Source: Lama guanicoe (Eukaryota). From it: a stretch of 64,000 nt of DNA. Shown here one piece after another: positions 51,969 to 64,000 of this stretch; the stretch's first letter is position 1, and each line of letters begins with the position of its first letter. Below the pieces are notes generated by a model, which was given only the letters and a program-made list of their open reading frames with translations, ran no database searches and was not told the origin of the DNA. The position numbers and the translations under genes are program-made. Location of the stretch: positions 11,669,175-11,733,174 of the forward strand of contig MU056000.1 in NCBI GenBank assembly GCA_013239625.1, written 5' to 3'.

Positions 51969-54352
51969 CTCTGGTCCAATTCCCCAAAGAGTAGCCAGAA
52001 GTTTTTTGAAAAATGAAAATAAGATCTTCTTACTTTCCTGCCTAAAACCCTCCAGCAACTTTTCAAAACCCTCAGAATAAAATTCAAATACGTCTCCAGG
52101 GCTGCCAAGGAACCCAGGACCGAACCTCTGCCCACTTCCCCTCTCCACTCTCATTTCACACAATTCTTCCCCTTGATTTCTGCTCATCATTTTCCTGCTA
52201 CAGATGCCTTCTTTCAGATCTTCAAATACAATAGACCTGTTTCTGCCCAAGGGCTTATGAACCTGTAACTGAATGGGCTCGACTTGGGAGGTACAGTCAG
52301 AAAGGAGCTTTATTCTTCTCCTACCTCTGTTCCGAAAAGTACTCTATTGAATGGCTCTTAGCTTTCTGCTCATTTTCTAAATAAAAAGATGTGTTCTCTC
52401 CAGCAGTGTGAAGCCAACCCTCTGCTGTGAAACCAGCACAGGCTCCCCAGTAGCCACACAGGAGAGGGCAGCTCTCAGCCCCTCATTGCCCACCACCCTT
52501 CCATTCTGTCTCCTCCCCAGGAGCTGGCTCCTCTGGTCGGGGACAGTGAGAAGGGATTAGTGGGAAAGCTGCCATGACTGGTTTACCGGCTTGTGTTGTC
52601 TTACTTGATTTGTCTCTGGCTTTCAAATGCCCTCTGTCAAGGCTGACACCCAAGTGTCAGCCCTTCCCTGCAGGGCACACCATACATTCTTCAGAGACAC
52701 CTCCATCACTGCCTACCACAGAAGCCTCGGTGCAACACTATTCCCTGATGTGAGCATCGCATTCTTGGAGAGGTTATGCAGACCTACGTCCCCGGCTCCC
52801 CCACCCCAGGCACACCCTTGGGATCTCCTTCATTGGCAGGCAGCCTGTGGGTGGGGGTCATCCCAGGCCGTGCTGCCTTCCGCAGACCCGACAGGGCCAG
52901 TAGACACTGTCCCACACTGGCGCCCCACCGTGCCCTGGAGCTGCCAGTGTCGCCCGGCTGCCCTTTCCCTCCCTTCATTCTACTGTGGCCAATTTCCCCA
53001 GCTGGTTTCCTATCTTCAGACTTTTCCAGCCAAAACTTGGGCAAAAGATTCTTTGCCACTCAAATCCCATATTCTCCAAGAACTGCCCCTCACTTTTCTC
53101 TGGCAGCAGAGGGTGGCTGGTCTCTGAGCCGGCAAACTCTGAGACAGGCAATAGGATTCCAGTTTTCTCTTCTTTCGAATACCTCCTTCCCCCTTTAAAA
53201 ATAAAAAGTGTTCAGTTGCTGCCTCTTGCGCATGACTTAGAGGAAGGATCAGAACGAATTCCCTCCTACCCATGGAGAAAGAAAAGGGAAGGACCACTGC
53301 ATTTTCTTCCCTGCAAATACACTCAGAGCACACTGCTCTCTATGCCTCTAGCCAATTTCATATACACGCCGCTTGTGTAAGTGGCACGTCCACCTCCTGG
53401 GTGGGCCTGTAGGGGATGTTTCTAGTATTTGTCCTTAGAACTGGGGAGATTTTATCACCTACTGCTCTGAGTTTTGAGAATGTAGTCACCCTAAAAAGGA
53501 AGCCCTATTCCTCAGGCTGTTCTGTTCTGATTGTTTTAGTTATCCATTCCTGGGTAACAAACTACCCTCAAGAGCGGTAACTTGAAACAACACGTTATTC
53601 TTTCTCCCAATTCTGCAGGTTGACTGGTCGCGGTTGGGTGGGTCTTCTCTCCTGTGTTGACCGGGTTCACTCACTCAGTTGCATTCAACTGGGTTGAGCT
53701 GGAAAGCTGATGAAGTCTTCACTCACAAATCTGGTACCCAGATGTTCCTCCATGTAGCCTCTCTTCGTAGCTTGGGCTTCCTGACGTAACGGCAGTTTCA
53801 GAGTAGTTGAAACTTTTAAAAGGCAGCTGGCTTCCAAGAGGGAAAGCAGAAGCTACCAGCCTTCTTAAAAGATAGGCTGGGAACAGGCACATCTCCACAT
53901 CTGTCAGCGAAGGGAAAAAAGCCTTTGCCTCTGGATAGTAGGAGAGCTGTGCCGCTCTAAGAAGAAATTGATGGAAGCCACCTCTGGAGACTGTTTATCA
54001 TACCAACCCCTCTGCCTGGAATACTCTTTCCAAAGATCTTGACATGACCTCTGGTCTCCTTCTCTTCATTCAGGTCTCAGCTCAAATGTCATCACTGGCC
54101 ATCATCACCAAGGCCATCCCCAACCCCACTCACCTCACATAACCTGACAGTCACTCTGAGTTTACCTTCTTCATTCTACTTCTTGTTTTTTTGTTTCTTG
54201 TGTATTGCCATTGTTTATTTTACATTATTCATGATTTATTTGTGTATCATCTCTCCTTAACTTCCCACTCCCCACTGGGATGTAAGTTCCCTGACAGAAA
54301 GGAACTTGGCTTCTTTATTTTCTGCTATCTCTTCATCATCTAGAAAAGAGAA

Positions 54353-54826
54353 AGGACTCAATAACTCTCTATGAATGAACACCTAGCTCAGTTCTACCAT
54401 CTTCACAGTCGGCTGTCAGCAATGGTGGTTGATGGACACAAATGTCTTTATGTTTATCAAAGATTTCATGAGAGAGTAGCATTTTTGGAACATTTTAAAA
54501 AAAATCTCTAGAACAGTAAAGAAAATTTTTCAGTGAAAGTTTGGCATAAAATCAGTATTCTGACTCCAATAACACTTTGCTTCTGAGAGGACTCAATAAC
54601 TCTCTATAAATGAATGAAAACCTAGCTCAGTTCTACCATCTCCAAAGTCGGCTGTCAGCAATGGTGGTTGATGGACACAAATGTCTTTATGTTTATCAAA
54701 GATTTCATGAGAGAGTAGCATTTTTGGAACATTTTAAAAAAAAATCTCTAGAACAGTAAAGAAAATTTTTCAGTGAAAGTTTGGCATAAAATCAGTATTC
54801 TAACTCCAATAACACTTTGCTTCTGA
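54353..54826. repeat. Two-unit tandem repeat (~235 + 239 bp) inside copy A
   Basis: aggactcaataactctctat...aacactttgcttctga at 54353-54586 and 54588-54826. Confidence 0.95.
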
Positions 54827-55372
54827 ATAAAATGACCTTGGGTTTCATGAAATTTCTTAATTTCAATAAATGGCTAAACAGAATTTTATTTTCCTGGGCG
54901 TAGTCAAGAGAGAATATTCATGTTACACCTTTGATTTTCCTTCTCATAACATTTTAATACATTGTCATAAATCAACATCATTAAGGGGACCATACCTTAA
55001 GGTGGGAACTGACAAAAATTTATGCTGATACTTTTATTGGGATAATAATGATATAGCTTAATGTCTTGAGCGCTTGCTTTTTGCCAGGTCCTGTGCTAAG
55101 TGTTTCACTTGGACTGACTCTTGTTTTATTCTAAGCCTAGTGATCAGAAGGATCTTCTGCTGCCTTTGCGGTAAGTGTCTATGACGTCCAGGAATATGCC
55201 CTTAACAAATACCATCGTTTGAACAACTTCCCTCCTGATCCTCAAACTCCACAAGAGAGAGGTACTATGACGTATTACCTTTATTTTTATTGAAGTATGA
55301 TTGTTGTACAATATCATGTAAGTTACAGGTGTACAACATAGTAATTCACAATTTTTAAAGGTTAGGTTATGC

Positions 55373-55539
55373 NNNNNNNNNNNNNNNNNNNNNNNNNNNN
55401 NNNNNNNNNNNNNNNNNNNNNNNNNNNNNNNNNNNNNNNNNNNNNNNNNNNNNNNNNNNNNNNNNNNNNNNNNNNNNNNNNNNNNNNNNNNNNNNNNNNN
55501 NNNNNNNNNNNNNNNNNNNNNNNNNNNNNNNNNNNNNNN
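55373..55539. other. Assembly gap (167 N)
   Basis: Run of N within an L1 3' end in the first copy of the tandem duplication. Confidence 0.99.
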
Positions 55540-55666
55540 TGCAATAGCATTGTTCTTTTTTATGGTTGAGTAGTATTCCACTGTATATGTATACCACATC
55601 TTCTATATCCATTTATGTATTGATAGATACTTAGGTTGCTTATATATCTTGCTAACTGCACTGCAA

Positions 55667-57955
55667 AAGGACCACTGCATTTTCTTCCCTGCAAATACAC
55701 TCAGAGCACACTGCTCTCTATGCCTCTAGCCAATTTCATATACACGCCGCTTGTGTAAGTGGCACGTCCACCTCCTGGGTGGGCCTGTAGGGGATGTTTC
55801 TAGTATTTGTCCTTAGAACTGGGGAGATTTTATCACCTACTGCTCTGAGTTTTGAGAATGTAGTCACCCTAAAAAGGAAGCCCTATTCCTCAGGCTGTTC
55901 TGTTCTGATTGTTTTAGTTATCCATTCCTGGGTAACAAACTACCCTCAAGAGCGGTAACTTGAAACAACACGTTATTCTTTCTCCCAATTCTGCAGGTTG
56001 ACTGGTCGCGGTTGGGTGGGTCTTCTCTCCTGTGTTGACCGGGTTCACTCACTCAGTTGCATTCAACTGGGTTGAGCTGGAAAGCTGATGAAGTCTACAC
56101 TCACAAATCTGGTACCCAGATGTTCCTCCATGTAGCCTCTCTTCATAGCTTGGGCTTCCTGACGTAATGGCAGTTTCAGAGTAGTTGAAACTTTTAAAAG
56201 GCAGCTGGCTTCCAAGAGGGAAAGCAGAAGCTACCGGGCTTCTTAAAAGATAGGCTGGGAACAGGCACATCTCCACATCTGTCAGCGAAGGGAAAAAAGC
56301 CTTTGCCTCTGGATAGTAGGAGAGCTGTGCCGCTGTAAGAAGAAATTGATGGAAGCCACCTTTGGAGACTGTTTATCATACCAACCCCTCTGCCTGGAAT
56401 ACTCTTTCCAAAGATCTTGACATGACCTCTGGTCTCCTTCTCTTCATTCAGGTCTCAGCTCAAATGTCATCACTGGCCATCATCACCAAGGCCATCCCCA
56501 ACCCCACTCACCTCACATAACCTGACAGTCACTCTGAGTTTACCTTCTTCATTCTACTTCTTGTTTTTTTGTTTCTTGTGTATTGCCATTGTTTATTTTA
56601 CATTATTCATGATTTATTTGTGTATCATCTCTCCTTAACTTCCCACTCCCCATTGGGATGTAAGTTCCCTGACAGAAAGGAACTTGGCTTCTTTATTTTC
56701 TGCTATCTCTTCATCATCTAGAAAAGAGAGAGGACTCAATAACTCTCTATAAATGAATGAAAACCTAGCTCAGTTCTACCATCTCCAAAGTCGGCTGTCA
56801 GCAATGGTGGTTGATGGACACAAATGTCTTTATGTTTATCAAAGATTTCATGAGAGAGTAGCATTTTTGGAACATTTTAAAAAAAAATCTCTAGAACAGT
56901 AAAGAAAATTTTTCAGTGAAAGTTTGGCATAAAATCAGTATTCTAACTCCAATAACACTTTGCTTCTGAATAAAATGACCTTGGGTTTCATGAAATTTCT
57001 TAATTTCAATAAATGGCTAAACAGAATTTTATTTTCCTGGGCATAGTCAAGAGAGAATATTCATGTTACACCTTTGATTTTCCTTCTCATAACATTTTAA
57101 TACATTGTTATAAGTCAACATCATTAAGGGGACCATACCTTAAGGTGAGAACTGACAAAAATTTATGCTGATACTTTTATTGGGATAATAATGATAATAG
57201 CTTAATGTCTTGAGCGCTTGCTTTTTGCCAGGTCCTGTGCTAAGTGTTTCACTTGGACTGACTCTTGTTTTATTCTAAGCCTAGTGATCAGAAGGATCTT
57301 CTGCTGCCTTTGCGGTAAGTGTCTATGACGTCCAGGAATATGCCCTTAACAAATACCATCGTTTGAACAACTTCCCTCCTGATCCTCTGCAAACTCCACA
57401 AGAAAAGAGAGAGGTACTATGACGTATTACCTTTATTTTTATTGAAGTATGATTGTTGTACAATATCATGTAAGTTACAGGTGTACAACATAGTAATTCA
57501 CAATTTTTAAAGGTTATGCCCCACTTATAGTTATTATAAAATACTGGCTATATTACCTGTGTTGTATAATATATCCTTGTAGTTTATTTTATGCATAATA
57601 GTTCATGCCTCTTACTTCCCTACCCCTATATTTCCCCTCCCCCTTGCCCTCTCTCCATTGGTAACCACTAATTTGTTCTCTATATCTGTGAGTCTGCTTC
57701 TTTCTTGTTATATTCCCTAGTTTACTGTATTTTTAAGATTCTACATGTAAGTGACATCATATAGTATTTGTTTGTCTCCATCTGACTTATTTCACTTAGC
57801 ATAATGCCCTCCAAGTCCATCCATGTTGCTGCAATAGCAAAGTTTTGTTCTTTTTTATGGTTGAGTAGTATTCCACTGTATATGTATACCACATCTTCTA
57901 TATCCATTTATGTATTGATAGATACTTAGGTTGCTTATATATCTTGCTAACTGCA
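55667..57955. repeat. Tandem duplication copy B (~2.3 kb)
   Basis: Near-identical to 53289-55660 with scattered substitutions and small indels. Confidence 0.95.
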
Positions 57956-58530
57956 AATAATTCTGCTATCAACAGTGGAGTGCATGTATCTTTTCGAATT
58001 TAGAGTTTTTGTTTTTTTCGGATATCTACCCAGGGGTGGAATTGCTGGGTTCTATTTTTAGTTTTCTGAGAAACCTCCATACTGTTTTCCACAGTGCCTA
58101 CACCAATTTATATCTTGCTGTGTACAGGGTTCCCCTTTCTCCACATCCTCACCAACATTTGTTATTTGTAGACTTTTTGGTGGTAGTCATTCTGACAAGT
58201 GAGGTGATTTCTCATTGTTGTTTTGATTTGCATTTCCCTGGTGAATAGCGACATTGAACATCTTTTCATGTGCCTATTGGCCATCTCTATTACCTCTTTG
58301 GAAAAATGTCTATTTAGTTCTTCTGCTCAGTTTTTACTCGGGTTGATTTCTTGAAGTTGTGTTGTCTGAGCTGTTTATATTCATTGGATATTAATCCCTT
58401 ATCAGTCATATCATTTGCAAATGTTTTTGCTCATTCAGTAGGTTGTCTTTGCATTTCGTCAGTGGTTTCCTTTGCTGTGCAAAAGCTTTTAAGTTTAATT
58501 AGGTCCCATTTGTTTACTGTCATTTTTATA
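57433..58530 (-). mobile_element. L1 3' end (ORF2 C-terminus plus 3' UTR); its 3' part is duplicated at ~55281-55660
   Basis: Peptide FAIAATWMDLEGIMLSEISQ; tttttattgaagtatgattg terminus; tttgctgtgcaaaagcttttaagtttaattaggtcccatttg. Confidence 0.93.
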
Positions 58531-61397
58531 CCTTTTAAGAGTGGTTGCCCCTGCCCTAGAGTAAGCAGTATACTTTACTTAATTAAACAGAACACTCACA
58601 AGCAGTTTTCTTACTTTAAGATGTTAATCAACACTTGTCCCCAAAATAGTGTCTATCTACTTCAACAAGAAATACTAATTATATGAGTTTTAGCTGTCTC
58701 TTTTAAATTGCATTTCTATTTAATGACATCTTTCTGTAAAGGAGTAAGGACAATTGCAAGCTTAATAAGTTATACATCTTATTATGTACATCTGCTTATA
58801 CTTTAAATAAATAACAGCTTTTGAATACGAATCTGTAATTATATGATACATCAAATGCTATTCTAAAAATCAATTTTTAATAAAATCCTCCCTAAACTTG
58901 TAAGCGTATTTTGACTTTCCAAATTGATGAATGTGCATAGGCTTTCCACAACTACTATCTTGTAAGGCATAAAACTAAAAAATTCTTGGAAGTATGCCCA
59001 TGCAGTGGTTGTCTCTCAATGCCCATAACATAGCTAGCTATTCCCTGCTGAAAACTCTGGTCTCAAGATCACTGTTCATTTAATTGATGGCCACTGTCTT
59101 CATCACACAGCTGTTAGCCCATCAAGAAGATAGTTAATGAACTTGGCAATATATATTGCATTAACTTTTTTGCCCTAAGGTTAATCATGAGATTATTTTC
59201 AAATGTGCTTTTGATGTGCTAAGCGTCCCTAATAAATATGATTAAGTAAAATAAGTTGAGAAGAAGAACATCAATTCAATGAAAACTGCTTAACATTAGG
59301 CAGTAGGTTTATATCTGAGCAAAGGGAAATTTAGTGTCTGTACCTCATGGCTCTTAAAGAGTGTTTGGCTGTGACCCAGACACTAAGATTTACCTTCACC
59401 GAGCTAAGCCAGGAACACCGATTTCTACACCAATATAATGATCTTCAATTGAGTACTATTCGGGGCTTTATTTTTGTATACAATATGCTCTTTTTTCCTT
59501 CTCTTTACAACAAAATAAGCACTATAATCCTTGGCTAAAATAATAATAGAAGACATTCTGTGACTCAATCGATGAGGGGAATAAATAATGTTGAAATAGT
59601 AGAGGCCTAAGAACAAAATGTGTTTTATAAAAGAAAGCCGTGTAAGTAAAGTTACATCAAATATTAAGCCTTTCTAAAGTAAAATCTATTCACTCAAAAA
59701 ATAAATAAATAAACCTAGAACAATATAAACCTCAAATATCCCTGCAGTATTCCTCCTTCTGTGTACCATCACTGTAGCCCTTGCTGACTCACTCAATATT
59801 AGACTAAGCTCTCAGAATAACAATAAACTATACAGCATTTAGAACAACAAAGATTATACGAATCAGTAGAAACCCATTTTGTGATACAAATTTCTTTATT
59901 AGTTTCTATTAGTCTTATTAAGAAAAATAGTCTTGGACTTCAACTTCCTATTATTTGTCCAAATCTAAAACAATGTTTTTAAAAACATTTTGATACCATC
60001 AATTTAGTCACTTTCTCCTGTGCCAGTCAAATTCCCAGGGTGACTATAATGATGACATCAGTTTGATAATAATGGCAACCGCCATCAAAGAGAGGAAATT
60101 AGTTCAGATTTGAATGGGTCCTTTTTTTTTTTTCCCAAGTGAAAAAACAGTACTGTCTCCCCTCCTAGCAGAAAATGCACTTGCTGGGCTGGAAAAATCC
60201 CATTCAGGCTTCCTGGACTCAGATTTCCATCTGGCTTAATCTTGGCTGAAGGGGAGAATCACAGAACAGATGACTGTAAAGGAGGACAGTCTGGTCACCT
60301 CTTGGTTTAGAATGTGGGGCGGGCACCAGCGTCTACTACTACAGTCACTTCCTCCTTCAGACATAGTCCCCATTAAGCCCATTGCTTTAAGAACATGCAT
60401 TCCACCTCTTCATTAGATGACAGACTTTAGCTATTTGGAGTATTTTTCAGAGAAGAATTTCTGCTTTTCAAGAACGGCTACATGAAAAATCTTCATTCAA
60501 AGCACTCTTTAGATTTCTCTAAGAAGAGGAATAAAACTACAAAGGTTTGTTTTCAAAACTCAAGTTCAAGTCCATAAATTTTTTGTACTTTCCTGTAATA
60601 GCTACACAAAATATTATTGAAGCGAAGTACTTTCTCTTTAGGTTTTTACAAGAAAGGGGATGAAACTACAAAGATTTTTTTCAAAACCCTGTGTTCAAGT
60701 CAATGAATATTTAAAGTCTCTAAAACACCATACTAATAAGAAGATAAGGATTAGAAGAGTTGGTAAGATGAAACTGAAAAATGAAAACAAACAAAAAACT
60801 GTATTTCTACATTCCAGTTGCTGATGTCTTGTCAGGGAAACAAACGCAGGCTCTAATAATATGGTATAAGCTGAGTTGATTTTGGCACCACTTTGCCAAG
60901 TGATGCAAAGAAAGTGCAAAGTCATTGGGCGTGGTAAGGATGTGGGTATCCAGGAAAGCTTTCTCAGTGTTGACAATTCAGTTGAAGCTTCGAGGTCTTC
61001 AACAAGGTGGAAGAGCATTGCGGACCCAAGAAGGAGCTTGTACAAAGTCCCAGCAACCTGAGGGCTCAGATTCCATTCTAGGAAGAAGGATACAGTGAGG
61101 GATGTATAGAGGACAGGATGGGATGAAGTGGGGATAAAACTGTAAAAAGATGGAATGCCTGCTTATCTTTTTGCAATTCCTTTTGCCATTATTATTTGGA
61201 AGTACATAAACATATATTCCCTTTCCAGTGTGTGTCATGCTACCATAACACTATCCAGAATCCAGAAAATGCCAAATAGTTCATGTGTTTCCCCTTGACA
61301 GTGCTTTTCCCGTAGTGAGTCCCTCTCAGGGGGTCCTAAGTTGGTCTCCCATCTATAGTTTCTGGTACTTCTTCTCTTTGTCATGGTTTTCTAGATC

Positions 61398-61619
61398 AGG
61401 GGCCAAAGTACATTTTCTGAAAAGGGCCAGATGGTAAGTACTTTAAGTTTCACAAGCCAAACATTCTTTTTTCACAGCTACTCAACACTGCTGTCATAGC
61501 ATGGAAGCATCTATAGACAATAGGTCAATGAATGGTGTGGCTGTGTTCCACTAAAACTTTATTTAAAAAGCAGATGGCAGACCAGATTTGGACCATTGGT
61601 TGCAGTTTATGGACCCTTG
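61398..61619 (+). mobile_element. MER58A-like hAT DNA transposon
   Basis: cagggg...aaagggccagatggtaa...ctactcaac...atgaatggtgtggctgtgttcca...aaaactttattta...ccagatttgg. Confidence 0.85.
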
Positions 61620-62257
61620 TTCTCGGTTCATCAACTTACCTGTCTTCTCCAAAGACTCTTAGCTGTTCCTACTCTCTGTCTTCACTCCACACCATTAGTT
61701 ATTTGAAATCATCAGATTTCCCATCTTGATGAATCTGGGGCAGGATCTGATTTTGAAGGCAAGGCTAAAGAAGATGGTCTTTTCTTGTCTGGCCCTCAAG
61801 ATGAAGGAGCTAGAGGAAAAGCCTTTTAGTACAACTCTAGGGTGTTATTGTGCTTGAAGCATCTCTCTCTTTTTTCTAGTTTTATGAAAGATATCTTTCT
61901 GCTAATGTAGTCCTGTGGGCCAGGACTTGAGAATGAAACTAGATGTGTACTATATTCCAGGCAGGAGGTCAACTGGAAGTGGAAGGATGGGAGTTAAAGA
62001 AAAATATGATCTTGCTATATTTGTAATCCCCAAACCTAGTTGTTGAGTGCCCTCACTTTGTCCATCCACTAATTTTCCTTTAACTACTGTAACATGGGAT
62101 CCAAAAAAATGAAGCATTTCAACTTAATCTGTAATACAGTGGAAAATTACTGGAGATTTTTGATCAGGAGAAAAATGTGTCCAGACTTTCTTAAAGAAAA
62201 CATAATTCTGATTTCAATGTACAGTAAAGAAGAGCCAGTGTGTTTTAGGTAAAAATT

Positions 62258-62612
62258 CTCAGTGGTTGCCAAGGGTTGGAGGGAGGGAGGGATGAATAGG
62301 CAGAGCTGGGATTTTTTAAGGCAATGAAACTACTCTGTATGGTATTAGAATGGTGGAGACATCTCAGCTATTTGCTCAGATCCATAAAATGTACACCACC
62401 AAGAATGAACCCTAATGTAAACTATGGACTTTGGGTGATAATGGTTCATCAAAGTAGGTTCATCCATTGTAACAAATGTGCCACTCAGATGCAGACTTTG
62501 ATAATGAGGGGAGGCTGTACATGTGAGGGGAGGATGTATGTGAAAAATCTCTATACCTCTGCTCAATTTTGCTATAAACCTGAAACTGCTCTAAAAATTA
62601 AATTCTAGTTTA
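62258..62612 (+). mobile_element. L1MB/MC-type 3' end
   Basis: cagtggttgccaaggg...aaccctaatgtaaactatggactttgggtgata...ctgctcaattttgctataaacctgaaactgctctaaaa. Confidence 0.85.
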
Positions 62613-62814
62613 AAAGAAATCTCTGACTAGGAATAATCCTAGATTTAACTTGTCAGATGGGTATGTGGGTGCCATTTACAGCCCTAGAAGACACCCTCAG
62701 TAGACCCACAAAGACAGAATCTCCAAAGGAGGAGGGGGGGTTGGAAGAACTGTAAAGGGTCTGTCCTAAGACTGTAGTCTAGACAGAGTGCAGCTCTGTC
62801 AAGCAAACAGGATG

Positions 62815-63312
62815 CAGACTATATTTCCCAAGATGGCAGCCACAAGAGCTCCCATCCACACTTCTTCCTCTGTGATGCTGTCACTCTTCCCATAGAGGTG
62901 TGGGGGATTTGTTTCTCCCCTTGAATCTGACAATAGCAGAAATATAGCTATGGAACTTCCAAGGTTGTGACATGAAAGTTTACACAGATTTCACCTGAAC
63001 CTCCTGAGGTACTTGTTCTGGAACTCAGCCACCATGCTATGAGGAAGTGGCAAGACCACACAGAGGCTGGGGTAACTTTTGGGCCAAAGCTCCACTTGAA
63101 GTCTCAGCCAATAGTCAGCATCAACCTCCTGACATGTGAGCACATGAGTCACAGGTAACTCTAGCCCCAAACATCCTCTGCCACAATAGCATGAGAGGCC
63201 CCCAAGCAAACACTGCCCAGCTGCTCTCAAACAACACCCAGAACAATGAGAGAAAAAAATGAAGTGATTTTTGCTGCTTTGGTGTGATTCCTAACATGAC
63301 AATTGATAACTA
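62815..63312 (+). mobile_element. MLT1-type LTR
   Basis: aagatggcagccaca...tagaggtg...ccccttgaatctg...gccaccatgctatgaggaag...cagcatcaacc. Confidence 0.75.
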
Positions 63313-63683
63313 AGTACAAGAGGTACAAAAAGAGAAGCCCAGCTGGATAGTTGTTGCTATTTAATAAACTAGTAGAAAATAATAATTAATAATATCATAC
63401 CTAGTTCTTACTTTCACTTTTTAATATTTCAATCAGGTGGCCCAACATTTCTTTTAGGGACCACCATGCAGCTCACCTTCCCCGTGTGTGCTATCAGCAT
63501 TGACAAGATCCTGCTTTCTCCTAGGTAGTTGGTCCGCATGGGCCAGAAGCCTGGGAATATACACATTATGCTCAAATACTTCCCATGAATTTAATTTAAA
63601 AATTAAGAACACTGCTTATCACTCCATAGGTACTAGGCTGATAGAGAGAAGTCACAACATATCAAATCCTAGCGTACAATGCA

Positions 63684-64000
63684 TTTTTATTGAAGTATAG
63701 TTGATTTACAAAATTGTGTTAGTTTCAGGTATAGTGATTCTATTATACGTGTATGAATACATACCTATATTCTTTTTTGTCTACTCTTTCCCATTATAGT
63801 TTATTACAAGATGTTGAATATAGTTCCCTGTGCTATACAGTACACCCTCATTGTTTATCTATTTTATATATGGTAGTGTGCATCTGTTAATCATACACTG
63901 CTAATATAAATTACTATCCCTTCCCTGCCCTTCCCCTGTGGTAATCCTAAGTTTGTTTTCTATGAGTCTGTTTCTGTTTTGTAAATAAATTCATTTGAAC
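63684..64000 (-). mobile_element. L1 3' end running off the window edge
   Basis: tttttattgaagtatagttgatttacaa...ttagtttcagg...atagttccctgtgctatacag. Confidence 0.9.

Larger units (their letters stand above)
53289..55660. repeat. Tandem duplication copy A (~2.4 kb, includes an internal ~240-bp duplication and an N gap)
   Basis: aaggaccactgcattttc... through ...tatatcttgctaactgca recurs at 55667-57955. Confidence 0.95.

Noticed and set aside
52627..53380. Cluster of 90-166 aa overlapping ORFs
   Set aside because: Moderately GC-rich sequence open in several frames, with no recognisable domain or clear exon structure.
54353..54826. CRISPR-like or other prokaryotic repeat system
   Set aside because: Two long units without spacers in clearly mammalian DNA; no cas or operon-like genes anywhere in the window.

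Overview
Mammalian genomic DNA, probably camelid: it carries a tRNA-Ala-type Vic-1-like SINE and I saw no Alu, Bov-tA, SINEC or PRE1. The only protein-coding content I can support is the 5' end of MARCHF11 (MARCH11, membrane RING-CH E3 ligase) on the minus strand. Exon 1 lies in a CpG island with its start codon hidden in a 486-N gap, exon 2 is 156 bp, and positions 1-12261 are intron 2. The remaining ~49 kb is upstream intergenic DNA dense with decayed L1, L2, MIR, CR1/L3, MLT/ERV LTR and MER DNA-transposon fragments. The notable observations are: a perfect 21/21 REST/NRSF RE1 silencer in intron 1; five perfect TCAAGGTCA nuclear-receptor sites upstream of the promoter; a ~2.3-kb tandem duplication with a nested ~240-bp duplication and indel-rich junction (real CNV or assembly artefact); a 20-bp-stem intronic hairpin; and a twice-repeated LTR-microsatellite-L1 architecture. 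I found no evidence for a new multi-gene system. Repeat family names come from recalled consensus sequences and their boundaries are approximate.
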